A stretch of DNA of 64,000 bases from Mobula hypostoma (lineage: Eukaryota). Position numbers and translations under genes: made by a program. Positions 13,441 through 24,213 of the stretch are shown piece by piece (the first letter of the stretch is position 1; each line of letters begins with the position of its first letter). The notes under the pieces are model-generated. The model searched no databases and was not told the DNA's origin. It saw only the letters and a program-made list of their open reading frames with translations. The stretch spans positions 182,220,001-182,284,000 of the forward strand of contig NC_086097.1 of assembly GCF_963921235.1 (NCBI RefSeq), given 5' to 3'.

Positions 13441-13544
13441 AAGTAACTGAGCATTCAGAATGAAGTAGTCAGTTGTATCTAACATCGGTGGGAGAAGCCA
13501 GAGAATGGTGTAGTGGTATCCCACAGGGATCGGTGCTGGGTACC

Positions 13545-14083
13545 TCCTATACCTAATAAAGGGGCTACTGGGTATATACTCATAGTCCTCTGCTGCTGTA
13601 GTCCATCCACTTCAAGGTTTAATGCATTTTGTATTCAGAGCAGCTCTTCTATACATCCCTGTTGTAATGCATGTTTTCTTAGTTACTTTCTCCTTCCTGT
13701 CAGTTTGAACCAGTCTCGCCATTCTCCTCTGACCTCTCTCATTAACAACACACTTTTTTCCCACAGAATACTACTCTCTGGATTTTTTTTTTGTCTTTCG
13801 CACCATTATCTGTAAACTCTAGAGCCTGTTGTGCGTGAAAAACCCAGGAGATCAGCAGTCTCTGAGATACTTAAACCTCCCTGTCTGACACCAACAGTCA
13901 TTCATAGTCAAAGTCACTTAGGTCACATATCTTCCTCATTCTGATGTTTGCTCTGAACCATAACTGAGCCTCTTGACCATGTCTACATGCTTTTATGCAT
14001 TGAGTTGCTGCCAATGTTGATTGGGCTGATTAGATGTTTGCATTAACGAACAACTGTACCTAATAAGATGGCCACTGTGTGTA
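13545..14083 (-). mobile_element. Tc1-family deletion derivative (second copy), inserted in a CR1 fragment
   Basis: The minus strand of ~13800-13900 translates as VGVRQGGLSISETADLLGFSRTTGSRVYR*W, a Tc1 transposase paired-like HTH. Right TIR GTACCTAATAAGATGGCCACTGTGTGTA. Confidence 0.82.
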
Positions 14084-15770
14084 AATGATACTGTGGTAAA
14101 CTGGATCAGCAAATTTGCAGATGACACCAAGACTGGGTGGAATCATGGACAACAGGGATGGCTATCAAAAAGTTTGCAGCTTGATCTAAGCCAGCTGGGA
14201 AAAGTGGTTGAAAAATAGCAGAGGGAATTTAATGCAGATAAGTGTGAGATGTTGCACTTGTCATCACAGGTAGATGGGGTCATAAAGAGATTGCCCCTAA
14301 TAAATCAGGATGTTGAAGCAAGAGTAGAAATGTTATGTTGAAGTTTAGGCCAAATTTAGAGTTTTCTGTGCAGTATCGATCACCTACCTACAGGAAAATA
14401 ATGCAGAGAAAATTTACACAGGTTTTGCTGGGACCTGAGGACCAGGGTTATAGGGATAGTTTGAGTAGGTTAGAACTTTATTCCCATGGAGCACAGGAGA
14501 TCAAGGGGAGATCTTATAGAGGTGTACAAAATTATGACGGGTCTAGATAGGGTGAACGCTTGCAGGTTTTCTCCTGTGAGGTTGGCTGAGATTAGAACTA
14601 GAGGTCATACTTTTAGGGTGAAAGGTGAAATATTTAAGGGTAATCTGAGGGAGATCTACTTTATTCAGAGGATGGTATGAGTCTGGAATGAACTGCTGGT
14701 GGAAGTGGTCGATGAAGGTTCAATTCGAACATAGGTCCTTTATCCCACCATGTTGTACTGACCTCTTAACCTACTTTAAGGTGAATCTTTACACTTCTGT
14801 CCAACATAGTCCTCCATTTCCCTTTCATCCATTTGCCTATCTAAGATGCTCTTAAATGTTCCTAATGTATCTACCTCTACCACCACCCCGACAGTATATT
14901 CCACTCTCTTGCCACTCTCTGTAAAAGCAAATCTACCTCTAACATTTCCCATATGCTTTCCTCCAATCACCTTAAAAGTATGTTGTCATGTATTAGCCAT
15001 TGCCACTCTGGGGAAAAAGGTGCCAGCGGTGCACTCTATCGATGCCTATTATCATCTTATATACCTCTTTCAAGCCATATCTTATTCCCCCTTCACTTCT
15101 AATAGAAAAGCCCTAGCTCACTCAACCTTTCTTTGTAAGACGTGTTCTCTAATCTAAGCAACCTCCTCTGCACTTCTTTAAAACTTCCACATGAGGTGAC
15201 CAAAACCGAGCACAATGGTCTAAGTGTGATCTAACCAGAGTTTTATAGAGCTGCAACATTATCTCACAGCTCTCGAACTCAATCCTTTGACTAATGAAGG
15301 TCAACACAACATGTCTTCTTCACCACCCTGTCAGCCACTTTGTAACATTTAAGAGAAGTTTAGATAGGTACACGGATACATGGCGTATGGAGGGTCCCGG
15401 TGCAGGTAGATGGGACTATGCAAAAAAACCAGGCTAACAAGGACAAGATGGGCCGAAGTGCCTGTTTCTGTGTTGTCGTGCTCTATGACTCTAATATGAT
15501 CCAGTACAGGCCTACAGACACCTGAGTGATTATGTCTGAGGGATATTAAAAGATGAGGGGTATAGATAGATGAGACTGCAGGCATATTATCCCTATATCA
15601 GAGGTTGGTAAAACTAGAGGACACAGGTTTAGGTGAGGAGGAAAAGATTTAGAGGGGATCTGAGGGGAACGTTTCTCAACCATGAGTGGTGAGTACCTGG
15701 CACACACTATGGAGAGAGTAGTAGAAGCAGAGCCACTGACACTGTTGAAAAGGTGCCAAGTTTAAGACTG
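14084..15770. mobile_element. Cluster of CR1 fragments (plus 14084-14730, minus ~14730-15350, plus 15350-15770)
   Basis: AAATTTGCAGATGACACCAAG (KFADDTK), RGDLIEVYKIM, and a reverse-orientation 3' end. Confidence 0.8.
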
Positions 15771-15789
15771 GGGTTGTTATGTGTGGGAC

Positions 15790-16070
15790 TGATTTTGTGG
15801 GGAGCAGGGTGGGGGCTGGTGTGTGAGTGTGGAACTTGAGTGTCTGTGTGTGAGTGTGCCTGGGTGTGACTGTGGGTCTGGGTGTGTGTGGATCTATTGT
15901 GTTTGAGGTATGAGTGTGGGGCTGGCTGTGTGTGTTGAGAGTGTGGTGTGCATGTGTGAGCATGGGACATGAGTGTGCATGTGTGGGTCTGGTATGTAAG
16001 TATGGTATGGTACTGTAAGTGTGGGACTGATATGTGTGCGTGTGGGGCTGGCGTATGGGTTTGGTTGTGC
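15790..16070. repeat. TG-rich low-complexity tract
   Basis: Degenerate (GT)n/GTGGG repeats. Confidence 0.8.
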
Positions 16071-16099
16071 TGGGATCATCGGTCCCGGAGATTGGCATC

Positions 16100-16660
16100 A
16101 TCTGTTCACTCTGATCATGCTTCTAAATCAAAATAATGATCGCCTGAAGTGTTTGTTAATTTTTGAGGGTGCTCAATAAACGTTCTCTCTCTGCCTGAGA
16201 TTAGAATTCCTGATGATCATTTTCAGATCCTTTAATTTCTTGCTAGATAATAGAAAATCAGGTGAGCTTTCTGCCGGAATATTTTAAACTGATTTTGCGG
16301 AGAGCGATTTACTAAAATTATCCTAATGAGAGGCAGGCAGGGAGGAGATGAACTTCAGATACTGACAGGGGAGCGTGGTGGTGTGAAGTGTGTGGTCAGA
16401 GCTGACAGCAGTGCCCAGGGCGAATCTGTTCAAATGGGAGGTAGCATCAAAGAGAAGAGGGGGAGAGAGAGAAAGAAAGAGAAAGAGAGAGAGAGAGAGA
16501 CAAGAAAAGGCTAAACTAAAGTTAAATAGTGATAAAAGACAGCACTGTGCTTGGTGACTAATCAATGTCACTGCTTAATTGAAAAATATTATCGCCTGGA
16601 GGAAGCATCACCACAGGCCAGTTTTACATTAATGGGAAAATATAAAGTGTAGCAGTTAAC
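16100..16660. promoter_or_regulatory. Candidate conserved non-coding element
   Basis: Repeat-free and AT-rich with TAAT and GATA motifs, around a GA microsatellite. Confidence 0.4.
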
Positions 16661-16829
16661 CCTTCACTACCCAGCCAGGCTGGGGGGATCTGCTAAGGGC
16701 TGTTTTAAAACCAAGTTGTGGGGTAATGCAGAGGCATTTGTAGAGCACGCTCGCTGGCCTCCAATACACTGAACTGTGCATTAGGTTCATTAAGTCACCT
16801 TTCCCCACCTGTCTCCTTCCCTATAAGTG

Positions 16830-17500
16830 GGTCACTGACATATGTTGTGAAACTTGGGTTTTGCTGAAGTAGTACAATGCAATACACAAAAAAATTACTA
16901 TGTTACAATAGGAAATATATTAAAAATAAATAAATAGTGCAAAAAGACAGCAAAATAGTGAGATGGTGTTCATGGACTGTTCAGAAATCTGATGACAGAG
17001 GGAAAGCAGCATTTCATAGAATATTGAGTTTGTGTCTTCAGGCTTCTATAGTTCCTCCCTGATAGTAGTATTGAGAGGAGGGTGAGGGTCCTTAATGATG
17101 GATGTTGCCTTCTTGAGGCGCCACCTTTTGACGATGTCTTTGATAGTAGAGAGGCCAGTACCCATGAAGGAGCTGGCTGAGGCTACAACCCTCTGGACCC
17201 TTTTCCAATCCTTTGCATTGGAGTCTCCATACCAGGCAGTGATGCAACCAGTAAGAATGCTCTCTCCGATACATCTGTAAAATTTGTTAGAATCTTTGAA
17301 TGGATACCAAATCTTAAAATCTTAATGAGGTATAGCTACTGGCATGCCTTCTTTGAAATTGCATTAATCCGCTGGGCTCAGGATAGATCCTGAGGTGTTG
17401 ACTCCCAGGACTCGGAGTTTCTGATCCTTTCCTCCACTGACTCCTCAATGAGGGGATCCTGAAGTCCACAATCACTTCCTTGGTTTTGCTGATGCAAGGT
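16830..17500 (-). mobile_element. Rex1/Babar-type LINE 3' fragment
   Basis: Reverse of ESILTGCITAWYG-type sequence (CCATACCAGGCAGTGATGCAACCAGTAAGAATGCTCTC). Confidence 0.75.
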
Positions 17501-17861
17501 TGTTGTTTGTTTATTGTATTGTATTAGTTTATTATTGTCATGTGTATCAAAGTGGAAAACTTTGCATGCCATCTAGATAGATCATGCTATACTTAATTAC
17601 ACTGAGGTATCAAAAAGAAAAGCAAAATGCAGAACATTACAGAGTTATATAGCGAGTGCAGTGTAGGTTAGCAAATAAAGTGCAAGTGCCACAACAAAGT
17701 AGATTGAGAGATACCTTAAGTGAAAAAGAGCTCCATTCAAAAGACATGGGATTGAAGCTTTCCTTGAGCCTGGTGGTACGTGCTTTCAAGCTTTTGTATC
17801 TTCTGCCTGATTGGAGAGGGGAGAAGAGGGGTAGGGTAGGTGGGGTCTTTGAATATTCAGC

Positions 17862-18975
17862 TTGTTCAACACTATTGATCCACAGACTTTGATATCAGGC
17901 ATACTTCTTGGACTAAATACACCACTGTACAAACACAGTGTTGAACTTCGTAATGAACAGATGTCAGGAGCACAACCGCTCCTCCCTCCCCATCATCCTC
18001 AACAAAGCTGCCCCCCCCAGGGCTGTATGTTGTACATTCTGCTCGTATCTGACTGCATGGCCAAACACCCAAGCAATCACGTTGTCAAGGTTAACGATGG
18101 CACAACAGTGGCAGGGCTCATCAGCAACAACGATGCAATAGCCTACAGAGAGGAGGTGGAAGAGCTCAAGGCCTGGTGCCAGACAAATACCCGCTTCTTT
18201 AATGTCAACAATACAAAGGAGATGATTATCGACTTAAGGAGAACTCGCAGCATTCACAACCCCCTTTACATTGGTAGCACAGTAATAGAAACTGTGAGCC
18301 GTTTCAAACTCCTGGGAGTGCCCATAACACACAACCTCACATGGTCCCAGAACACGTCCTACATGGTCAAGAAAACTCTACTTTCTAAGGAAGGTGAAGG
18401 GAGCTGGACTTTACACATGTGTACTCATCTCATTCTACAGATGTGCAGTAGAGAGCATCCTGACAAGCTGCATCACTGCTTGGTATGAAAACTCCACTGC
18501 AGCGGATAGGAAAGCTCTACAACGGTGGTCAAAACTGCCCAATGGATCACTGGCATCAGCTAACCTATCATCAAGGACATATACAGAGAAAGGTGCTGGA
18601 AAAGAACCAGTATCATCATAAAGGAGCCCACCTACACTGTTCATGGACTGTTTGTCCCATTCCCATCAGAGAGGAGTCCATGTAGCATCCATGCTCAGAC
18701 CACCAGACTCAAACAGTTATGTTTCCAAGCAGTAAGGCTGATCAACGCCTCCACCTACTAACTGCATTGCTACTTTATTATTTCCTGTCAGTCACCTTAT
18801 ATACAACCTAGCATCACTTTAAGGACATACAATCAGTCGATGTATATAAGCTGTCATGTATATTTATATTTATTCTGTTCTTTATCTTTTGTGAGGGCTT
18901 TTTGTGCTGCATCGGATCTGGAGTAACAATTATTTCATTCCTCTTTACACCTGTGTACAGGTAATGACATTAAAC
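17862..18975 (+). mobile_element. Rex1/Babar-type LINE RT fragment and 3' UTR
   Basis: VVKVNDGTTVAGLISNNDAIAYREEVEELKAWCQ..NVNNTKEMIIDLRR..FKLLGV and FYRCAVESILTSCITAWY. Confidence 0.85.
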
Positions 18976-19778
18976 AATCTTGAATTATCTTGAATTTATT
19001 TTACTGAGGCAGCGAGAAGTTTAGACTGAGTCCATGGAGGTGAGGTTGGTTCCTGTGATGTGCTGAGCCCTCTGCAGTTTCTTGCAGTCACGGTCAGGGC
19101 ATTTGCCATACCATGCTGTGATGGATCTTGATAATATGGTCCATTTGCAAAAGTTGGAAAATCATCAGGAACACGCCAAATTTCCTTAACCTTCCGAAGA
19201 AGTAGTGGAATTTCTCTATTCTGATCCTCCTCCCCATATCCTGTTGAAAAGTATTCCTCAGTTGTAAAATTCCTCTCCTCATTTTCCTCAGTTGTAAAAT
19301 GTTTCTCCTCTTTTGCAAACCCTCTGCTTTGCTACACCTTGCCATCTCCTCTAATGTTCCCAGCACATCCTGCAGAACATGCCCTCTTATGATCATTGCT
19401 ATCTGCTCCACCTGGGGCATTGGATGCTGGCAGCAATGCTCAATTAACAGAAGCTATTCAACAGCACAACGTTCACTTAAGGACAGAGCAGGATTAGACC
19501 TTCTGGCCTATAGATCCTGTTTCACCATTCAGTAAGATCATGCTGATCTGGCCGTGGACTTAGCTCCACCTACCTGCCTTTTCTCCATAACCCTTCATTC
19601 CCTGATATATGAAAGTCTATCTAACTGTTATCTAACATGTAGGAATATATAAATATATACTCAGTGGCCACTTCATTAGGTAAAGGAGTGGAACCCGGTG
19701 TGGTCTTCTGTCGCTGTCGTCCAAGGTTCAATGAATGGTGCATTCAGAGATGCTCTTCTGCACACCACTCTTGTAATA

Positions 19779-20022
19779 CAGGTCAACCTTCACTAATCCA
19801 GCACCACTGGGACTTGAGGAGTGCCGGATTAGTGAAAATGCTGAATTACAGAAGGATCACATTAAGCAATAGCTAACCTTCACTACTCCGGCACCATTGA
19901 GACCTGAGGAGTGCCGGATTAGTGAAAATGCTGAATTACAGAAGGATCACATTAAACATAATCAGTGCCGGATTATCAAAGGAACCGGATTACAGGTAGT
20001 TGGATTAGTGAAGGTCAACCTG
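19779..20022. mobile_element. Non-autonomous Tc1/mariner-superfamily (pogo/Tigger-like) MITE, 244 bp
   Basis: TIRs CAGGTCAACCTTCACTAATCC / GGATTAGTGAAGGTCAACCTG (19 of 21 complementary), TA on both sides (19777-78, 20023-24), repeated internal CCGGATTA motifs and an internal ~88-bp tandem duplication. Confidence 0.85.
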
Positions 20023-20046
20023 TACAAGGTTTTTTGGAAGAGGCGC

Positions 20047-20082
20047 AGTCGACGTTTCAGGCCGAGACCCTTCGTCAGGACT
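20047..20082 (-). ncRNA. Minimal type I hammerhead ribozyme motif (second copy)
   Basis: Exact reverse complement of 23187-23222; predicted cleavage between 20051 and 20050. Confidence 0.85.
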
Positions 20083-20374
20083 AACTGAAGGAAGAGTGAG
20101 TAAGGGATTTGAAAGCTGGAGGGGGAGGGGGAGATGCAAAATGATAGGAGAAGACAGGAGGGGGAGGGATAGAGCCGAGAGCTGGACAGGTGATAGGCAA
20201 AAGGGGATACGAGAGGATCATGGGACAGGAGGTCCGGGAAGAAAGACGGGGGGGGGTGACCCAGAGGATGGGCAAGAGGTATATTCAGAGGGACAGAGGG
20301 AGAAAAAGGAGAGTGAGAGAAAGAATGTGTGCATAAAAATGAGTAACAGATGGGGTACGAGGGGGAGGTGGGGC

Positions 20375-22741
20375 CTAGCGGAAGTTAGAGAAGTCAATGT
20401 TCATGCCATCAGGTTGGAGGCTACCCAGACGGAATATAAGGTGTTGTTCCTCCAACCTGAGTGTGGCTTCATCTTTACAGTAGAGGAGGCCGTGGATAGA
20501 CATGTCAGAATGGGAATGGGATGTGGAATTAAAATGTGTGGCCACTGGGAGATCCTGCTTTCTCTGGCGGACAGAGCGTAGATGTTCAGCAAAGCGGTCT
20601 CCCAGTCTGCGTCGGGTCTCACCAATATATAAAAGGCCACATCGGGAGCACCGGACGCAGTATATCACCCCAGTCGACTCACAGGTGAAGTGATGCCTCA
20701 CCTGGAAGGACTGTTTGGGGCCCTGAATGGTGGTAAGGGAGGAAGTGTAAGGGCATGTGTAGCACTTGTTCCGCTTACACGGATAAGTGCCAGGAGGGAG
20801 ATCAGTGGGGAGGGATGGGGGGGACGAATGGACAAGGGAGTTGTGTAGGGAGCGATCCCTGCGGAATGCAGAGAGAGGGGGGGAGGGAAAGATGTGCTTA
20901 GTGGTGGGATCCCGTCGGAGGTGGCGGAAGTTACGGAGAATAATATGTTGGACCCGGAGGCTGGTGGGGTGGTAGGTGAGGACCAGGGGAACCCTATTCC
21001 TAGTTGGGTGGTGGGAGGATGGAGTGAGAGCAGATGTACGTGAAATGGGGGAGATGCGTTTAAGAGCAGAGTTGATAGTGGAGGAAGGGAAGCCCCTTTC
21101 TTTAAAAAATGAAGACATCTCCCTCGTCCTAGAATGAAAAGCCTCATCCTGAGAGCAGATGCGACGGAGACGGAGGAATTGCGAGAAGGGGATGGCGTTT
21201 TTGCAAGAGACAGGGTGAGAAGAGGAATAGTCCAGATAGCTGTGAGAGTCAGTAGGCTTATAGTAGACATCAGTGGATAAGCTGTCTCCAGAGACAGAGA
21301 CAGAAAGATCTAGAAAGGGGAGGGAGGTGTCGGAAATGGACCAGGTAAACTTGAGGGCAGGGTGAAAGTTGGAGGCAAAGTTAATAAAGTCAACGAGTTC
21401 TGCATGCGTGTAGGAAGCAGCGCCAATGCAGTCGTCGATGTAGCGAAGGAAAAGTGGGGGACAGATACCAGAATAGGCACGGAACATAGATTGTTCCACA
21501 AACCCAACAAAAAGGCAGGCATAGCTAGGACCCATACGGGTGCCCATAGCTACACCTTTAGTTTGGAGGAAATGGGAGGAGCAAAAGGAGAAATTATTAA
21601 GAGTAAGGACTAATTCTGCTAGACGGAGCAGAGTGGTGGTAGAGGGGAACTGATTAGGTCTGGAATCCAAAAAGAAGCGTAGAGCTTTGAGACCTTCCTG
21701 ATGGGGGATGGAAGTATATAGGGACTGGACATCCGTGGTGAAAATAAAGCGGTGGGGGCCAGGGAACTTAAAATCATCGAAAAGTCTAAGAGCGTGAGAA
21801 GTGTCACGAACATAGGTCGGAAGGGATTGAACAAGGGGTGATAAAACAGTGTCGAGGTATGCAGAAACGAGTTCGGTGGGGCAGGAGCAAGCTGAGACAA
21901 TAGGTCGGCCAGGACAGGCAGGTTTGTGGATCTTGGGTAGGAGGTAGAAACGGAAAGTGCGGGGTGTGGGAACTATAAGGTTGGTAGCAGTGGATGGGAG
22001 ATCCCCTGAGCGGATAAAGTCGTTGATAGTGTGGGAGACAATGGCCTGGTGCTCCTTAGTGGGGTCACGATCGAGGGGTAAATAAGAGGAGGTATCCGCG
22101 AGTTGTCGCTGTGCCTCGGCAAGGTAGAGGTCAGTACGCCAGACTACAACAGCACCCCCCTTATCGGCGGGTTTAATAATAATGTTAGGATTAGTGCGGA
22201 GGGAGTGGAGAGCAGAGCGTTCCGAAGGAGTGAGGTTGGAATGGGGACAAGGTGCGGTGAAGTCGAGACGGTTGATGTCCCGTCGGCAGTTGGCAATAAA
22301 GAGATCCAGAGCAGGCAGAAGACCAGAGCCGGGTGTCCATGAAGAAGAGGAGGGTTGAAGACGGGAGAAGGGGTCATCGGTGGGGGTGGAAGAGTCCTTG
22401 CCGAAGAAGTAGGCTCGGAGACGGAAACGGCGGAAGAAAAGTTCCGCATCGTGGCGAACACGGAACTCGCTGAGGTGTGGGCGAAGGGGGACAAACGTGA
22501 GGCCCTTACTGAGAACAGAGCGTTCTGCCTCCGACAGTTGAAGGTCGGAGGGGATGGTAAAGACCCGGCACGGATGAGAGCTGGGATCAGAGGAGGGAGG
22601 GGGGAGGCTGGGGGTGTCAATGGAGAGGGGAGGGTTGGGGTGAGAGGAAGATGGAGCCTCTGAGGGCCCAGGAGCTGACGGTGGGATCTGAGGAAGACGG
22701 GGCTGCGGAGTGGTGGTTGGGGAAGGGGAGACGGGAGTCAC
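20375..22741 (-). CDS. Penelope-like element (Neptune-type) polyprotein: reverse transcriptase + Cys-rich linker + GIY-YIG endonuclease; 5'-truncated
   Basis: Uninterrupted 788-aa ORF with PLE RT motifs IKPADKGGAVV, FYLLPKIHK..PGRPIVS, TDVQSLYTSIP, GVAMGTRMGPSYA and LRYIDD. These are followed by a CKRNKCYTC linker and a GIY-YIG domain (VIYCVRCSRCGLLYIGET..RLGDRFAEH). The frame stays open upstream of the GTG at 22741 to the inversion junction at ~22821, so the true start is missing. Confidence 0.95.
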   Translation of the reverse strand: MTPVSPSPTTTPQPRLPQIPPSAPGPSEAPSSSHPNPPLSIDTPSLPPPSSDPSSHPCRVFTIPSDLQLSEAERSVLSKGLTFVPLRPHLSEFRVRHDAELFFRRFRLRAYFFGKDSSTPTDDPFSRLQPSSSSWTPGSGLLPALDLFIANCRRDINRLDFTAPCPHSNLTPSERSALHSLRTNPNIIIKPADKGGAVVVWRTDLYLAEAQRQLADTSSYLPLDRDPTKEHQAIVSHTINDFIRSGDLPSTATNLIVPTPRTFRFYLLPKIHKPACPGRPIVSACSCPTELVSAYLDTVLSPLVQSLPTYVRDTSHALRLFDDFKFPGPHRFIFTTDVQSLYTSIPHQEGLKALRFFLDSRPNQFPSTTTLLRLAELVLTLNNFSFCSSHFLQTKGVAMGTRMGPSYACLFVGFVEQSMFRAYSGICPPLFLRYIDDCIGAASYTHAELVDFINFASNFHPALKFTWSISDTSLPFLDLSVSVSGDSLSTDVYYKPTDSHSYLDYSSSHPVSCKNAIPFSQFLRLRRICSQDEAFHSRTREMSSFFKERGFPSSTINSALKRISPISRTSALTPSSHHPTRNRVPLVLTYHPTSLRVQHIILRNFRHLRRDPTTKHIFPSPPLSAFRRDRSLHNSLVHSSPPSLPTDLPPGTYPCKRNKCYTCPYTSSLTTIQGPKQSFQVRHHFTCESTGVIYCVRCSRCGLLYIGETRRRLGDRFAEHLRSVRQRKQDLPVATHFNSTSHSHSDMSIHGLLYCKDEATLRLEEQHLIFRLGSLQPDGMNIDFSNFR

Positions 22742-22821
22742 AACAGCAGCACATAAAGACCCAGCCCGGAGTTCAAGGCTGGAGTCGCAGTTGGTGGTTG
22801 CGTAATCGCTGTGAATGTGTC

Positions 22822-23319
22822 CACCTTATATTCCGTCTGGGTAGCCTCCAACCTGATGGCATGAACATTGACTTCTCTAACTTCCGCTAGGCCCCACCTC
22901 CCCCTCGTACCCCATCTGTTACTCATTTTTATGCACACATTCTTTCTCTCACTCTCCTTTTTCTCCCTCTGTCCCTCTGAATATACCTCTTGCCCATCCT
23001 CTGGGTCACCCCCCCCCCCCCGTCTTTCTTCCCGGACCTCCTGTCCCATGATCCTCTCGTATCCCCTTTTGCCTATCACCTGTCCAGCTCTCGGCTCTAT
23101 CCCTCCCCCTCCTGTCTTCTCCTATCATTTTGCATCTCCCCCTCCCCCTCCAGCTTTCAAATCCCTTACTCACTCTTCCTTCAGTTAGTCCTGACGAAGG
23201 GTCTCGGCCTGAAACGTCGACTGCGCCTCTTCCTACAGATGCTGCTTGGCCTGCTGCGTTCACCAGCAACTTTGATGTGTGTTGCTTGAATTTCCAGCAT
23301 CTGCAGAATTCCTGTTGTT
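22822..23319 (+). repeat. Inverted copy of PLE 3' end (last 22 codons + 3' UTR)
   Basis: 22822-23233 is the reverse complement of 20036-20443 and encodes the same HLIFRLGSLQPDGMNIDFSNFR* C-terminus. The only difference I noticed is a 13-C versus 9-G homopolymer. This arm continues 86 bp further to ...CATCTGCAGAATTCCTGTTGTT. Confidence 0.93.
23187..23222 (+). ncRNA. Minimal type I hammerhead ribozyme motif
   Basis: AGTC-CTGACGA-AGGGTCTCGGCCT-GAAA-CG-TC^GACT. Stem I is AGUC/GACU, the core is CUGANGA, stem II is AGG/CCU, then GAAA and a palindromic ACGU stem III. Predicted GUC cleavage is after 23218. Minimal HHRs are an established feature of PLE terminal repeats. Confidence 0.85.
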
Positions 23320-23919
23320 CAAGGTTTTTTGGGTTACTTCCGCCTTCCTGTCAGCTTGAACAGAACCAGTCTGGTCATTCTCCTCTGATCCCTTTTATTA
23401 ACAAGCTGTTTTCATCCACAGAACTGCCACTCACTGGATGCTTTTTGTTTTTTTGCACCATTTTCTGTAAACTCCAGAGAATGTTATGCGTGAACATCCC
23501 AGGAGATCTACAGTTTCTGAGATAGTCAAACCTGAGTTTGTCTGGCACCACCAATCAATCCATGGTCAAAGTCACTTAGATCACATTTCTTCCCCATTCT
23601 GATATTTGGTCTGAACAACAAGTGAACCTCTTGACCACATCTGCAAGATTTTATGCAGTGATTTGCTGCCACATGCTTGGCTGATCAGATATTTGTATTA
23701 ATGAGCAGGTGTGCAGGTGTACCTAATAAAGTGGCCACTGAGTTTATGTCCTCATTAATTGAATTACTAAGGCTGCAAATAGTGTGTGTGTGTGTGTGTG
23801 TGAGATAGTAGCAACCCAGTGAATACACTGAGAACAGAGGCATGAAAACAGGCCTTTCAGCCCACACTGTTCATGTCAGCCTTCTTTTGTATTCAAACAT
23901 ATGCCTAAATGGATGATAG

Positions 23920-24213
23920 AGCTATACAGCATAGGTACAGACAGTTCAGCCCAACCAGTTCAAGTACTAGAGTGCCACCCTGCTAGTCTGGATTTGCTGC
24001 ATTCAGCCCATGTCCCTCTCAACTGCACCCCTCAATGTACTGATCCAAGTGCTTCTTCAACCACTTCCTCTGGCAGCTCATTCTGTATATTCATCACCCT
24101 CTGCTTGTAAAAGTTGCCCGTCAGGTCCCTTTTAAATCTCTCCCCTCTTACCCTAAAAACCACTCCCTTACCCTGGGAAAAACAAAGTTACTATCTTCCT
24201 TATTTATGCCTCT
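23920..24213 (-). mobile_element. Older CR1 3' fragment (continues at 27001-27430)
   Basis: Decayed CR1 3' end; the RLHLEYDVQFWSPCY..IKLEKVQKRF part resumes beyond the younger CR1. Confidence 0.7.

Larger units (their letters stand above)
20038..23319 (-). mobile_element. Young Penelope-like retroelement insertion with inverted terminal (pLTR-type) arm
   Basis: Direct repeat CAAGGTTTTTTGG at 20025-20037 and 23320-23332 (TSD). The minus-strand body runs 22821->20038. A plus-strand copy of the element 3' end occupies 22822-23319. Confidence 0.92.
19658..23744 (-). mobile_element. Tc1-family deletion derivative (~550 bp of own sequence) split by the MITE and the PLE
   Basis: TIRs CTCAGTGGCCACTTCATTAGGT (19660) and ACCTAATAAAGTGGCCACTGAG (23721-23742). 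A decayed transposase N-terminal HTH remnant lies at ~23460-23550. The element is collinear with the uninterrupted copy at 13551-14083. Confidence 0.85.

Noticed and set aside
17862..18685. 208-aa ORF as a functional gene
   Set aside because: It is a Rex1/Babar RT remnant with the catalytic FADD motif mutated (VNDG) and frameshifts.
20375..22741. Host gene, telomerase or retron/group II intron RT
   Set aside because: RT plus C-terminal GIY-YIG, a TSD, an inverted terminal arm and hammerheads identify a Penelope-like element.
20081..23525. Short ORFs overlapping the PLE on both strands
   Set aside because: They are alternative-frame or antisense by-products; the duplicated peptides simply reflect the inverted repeat.
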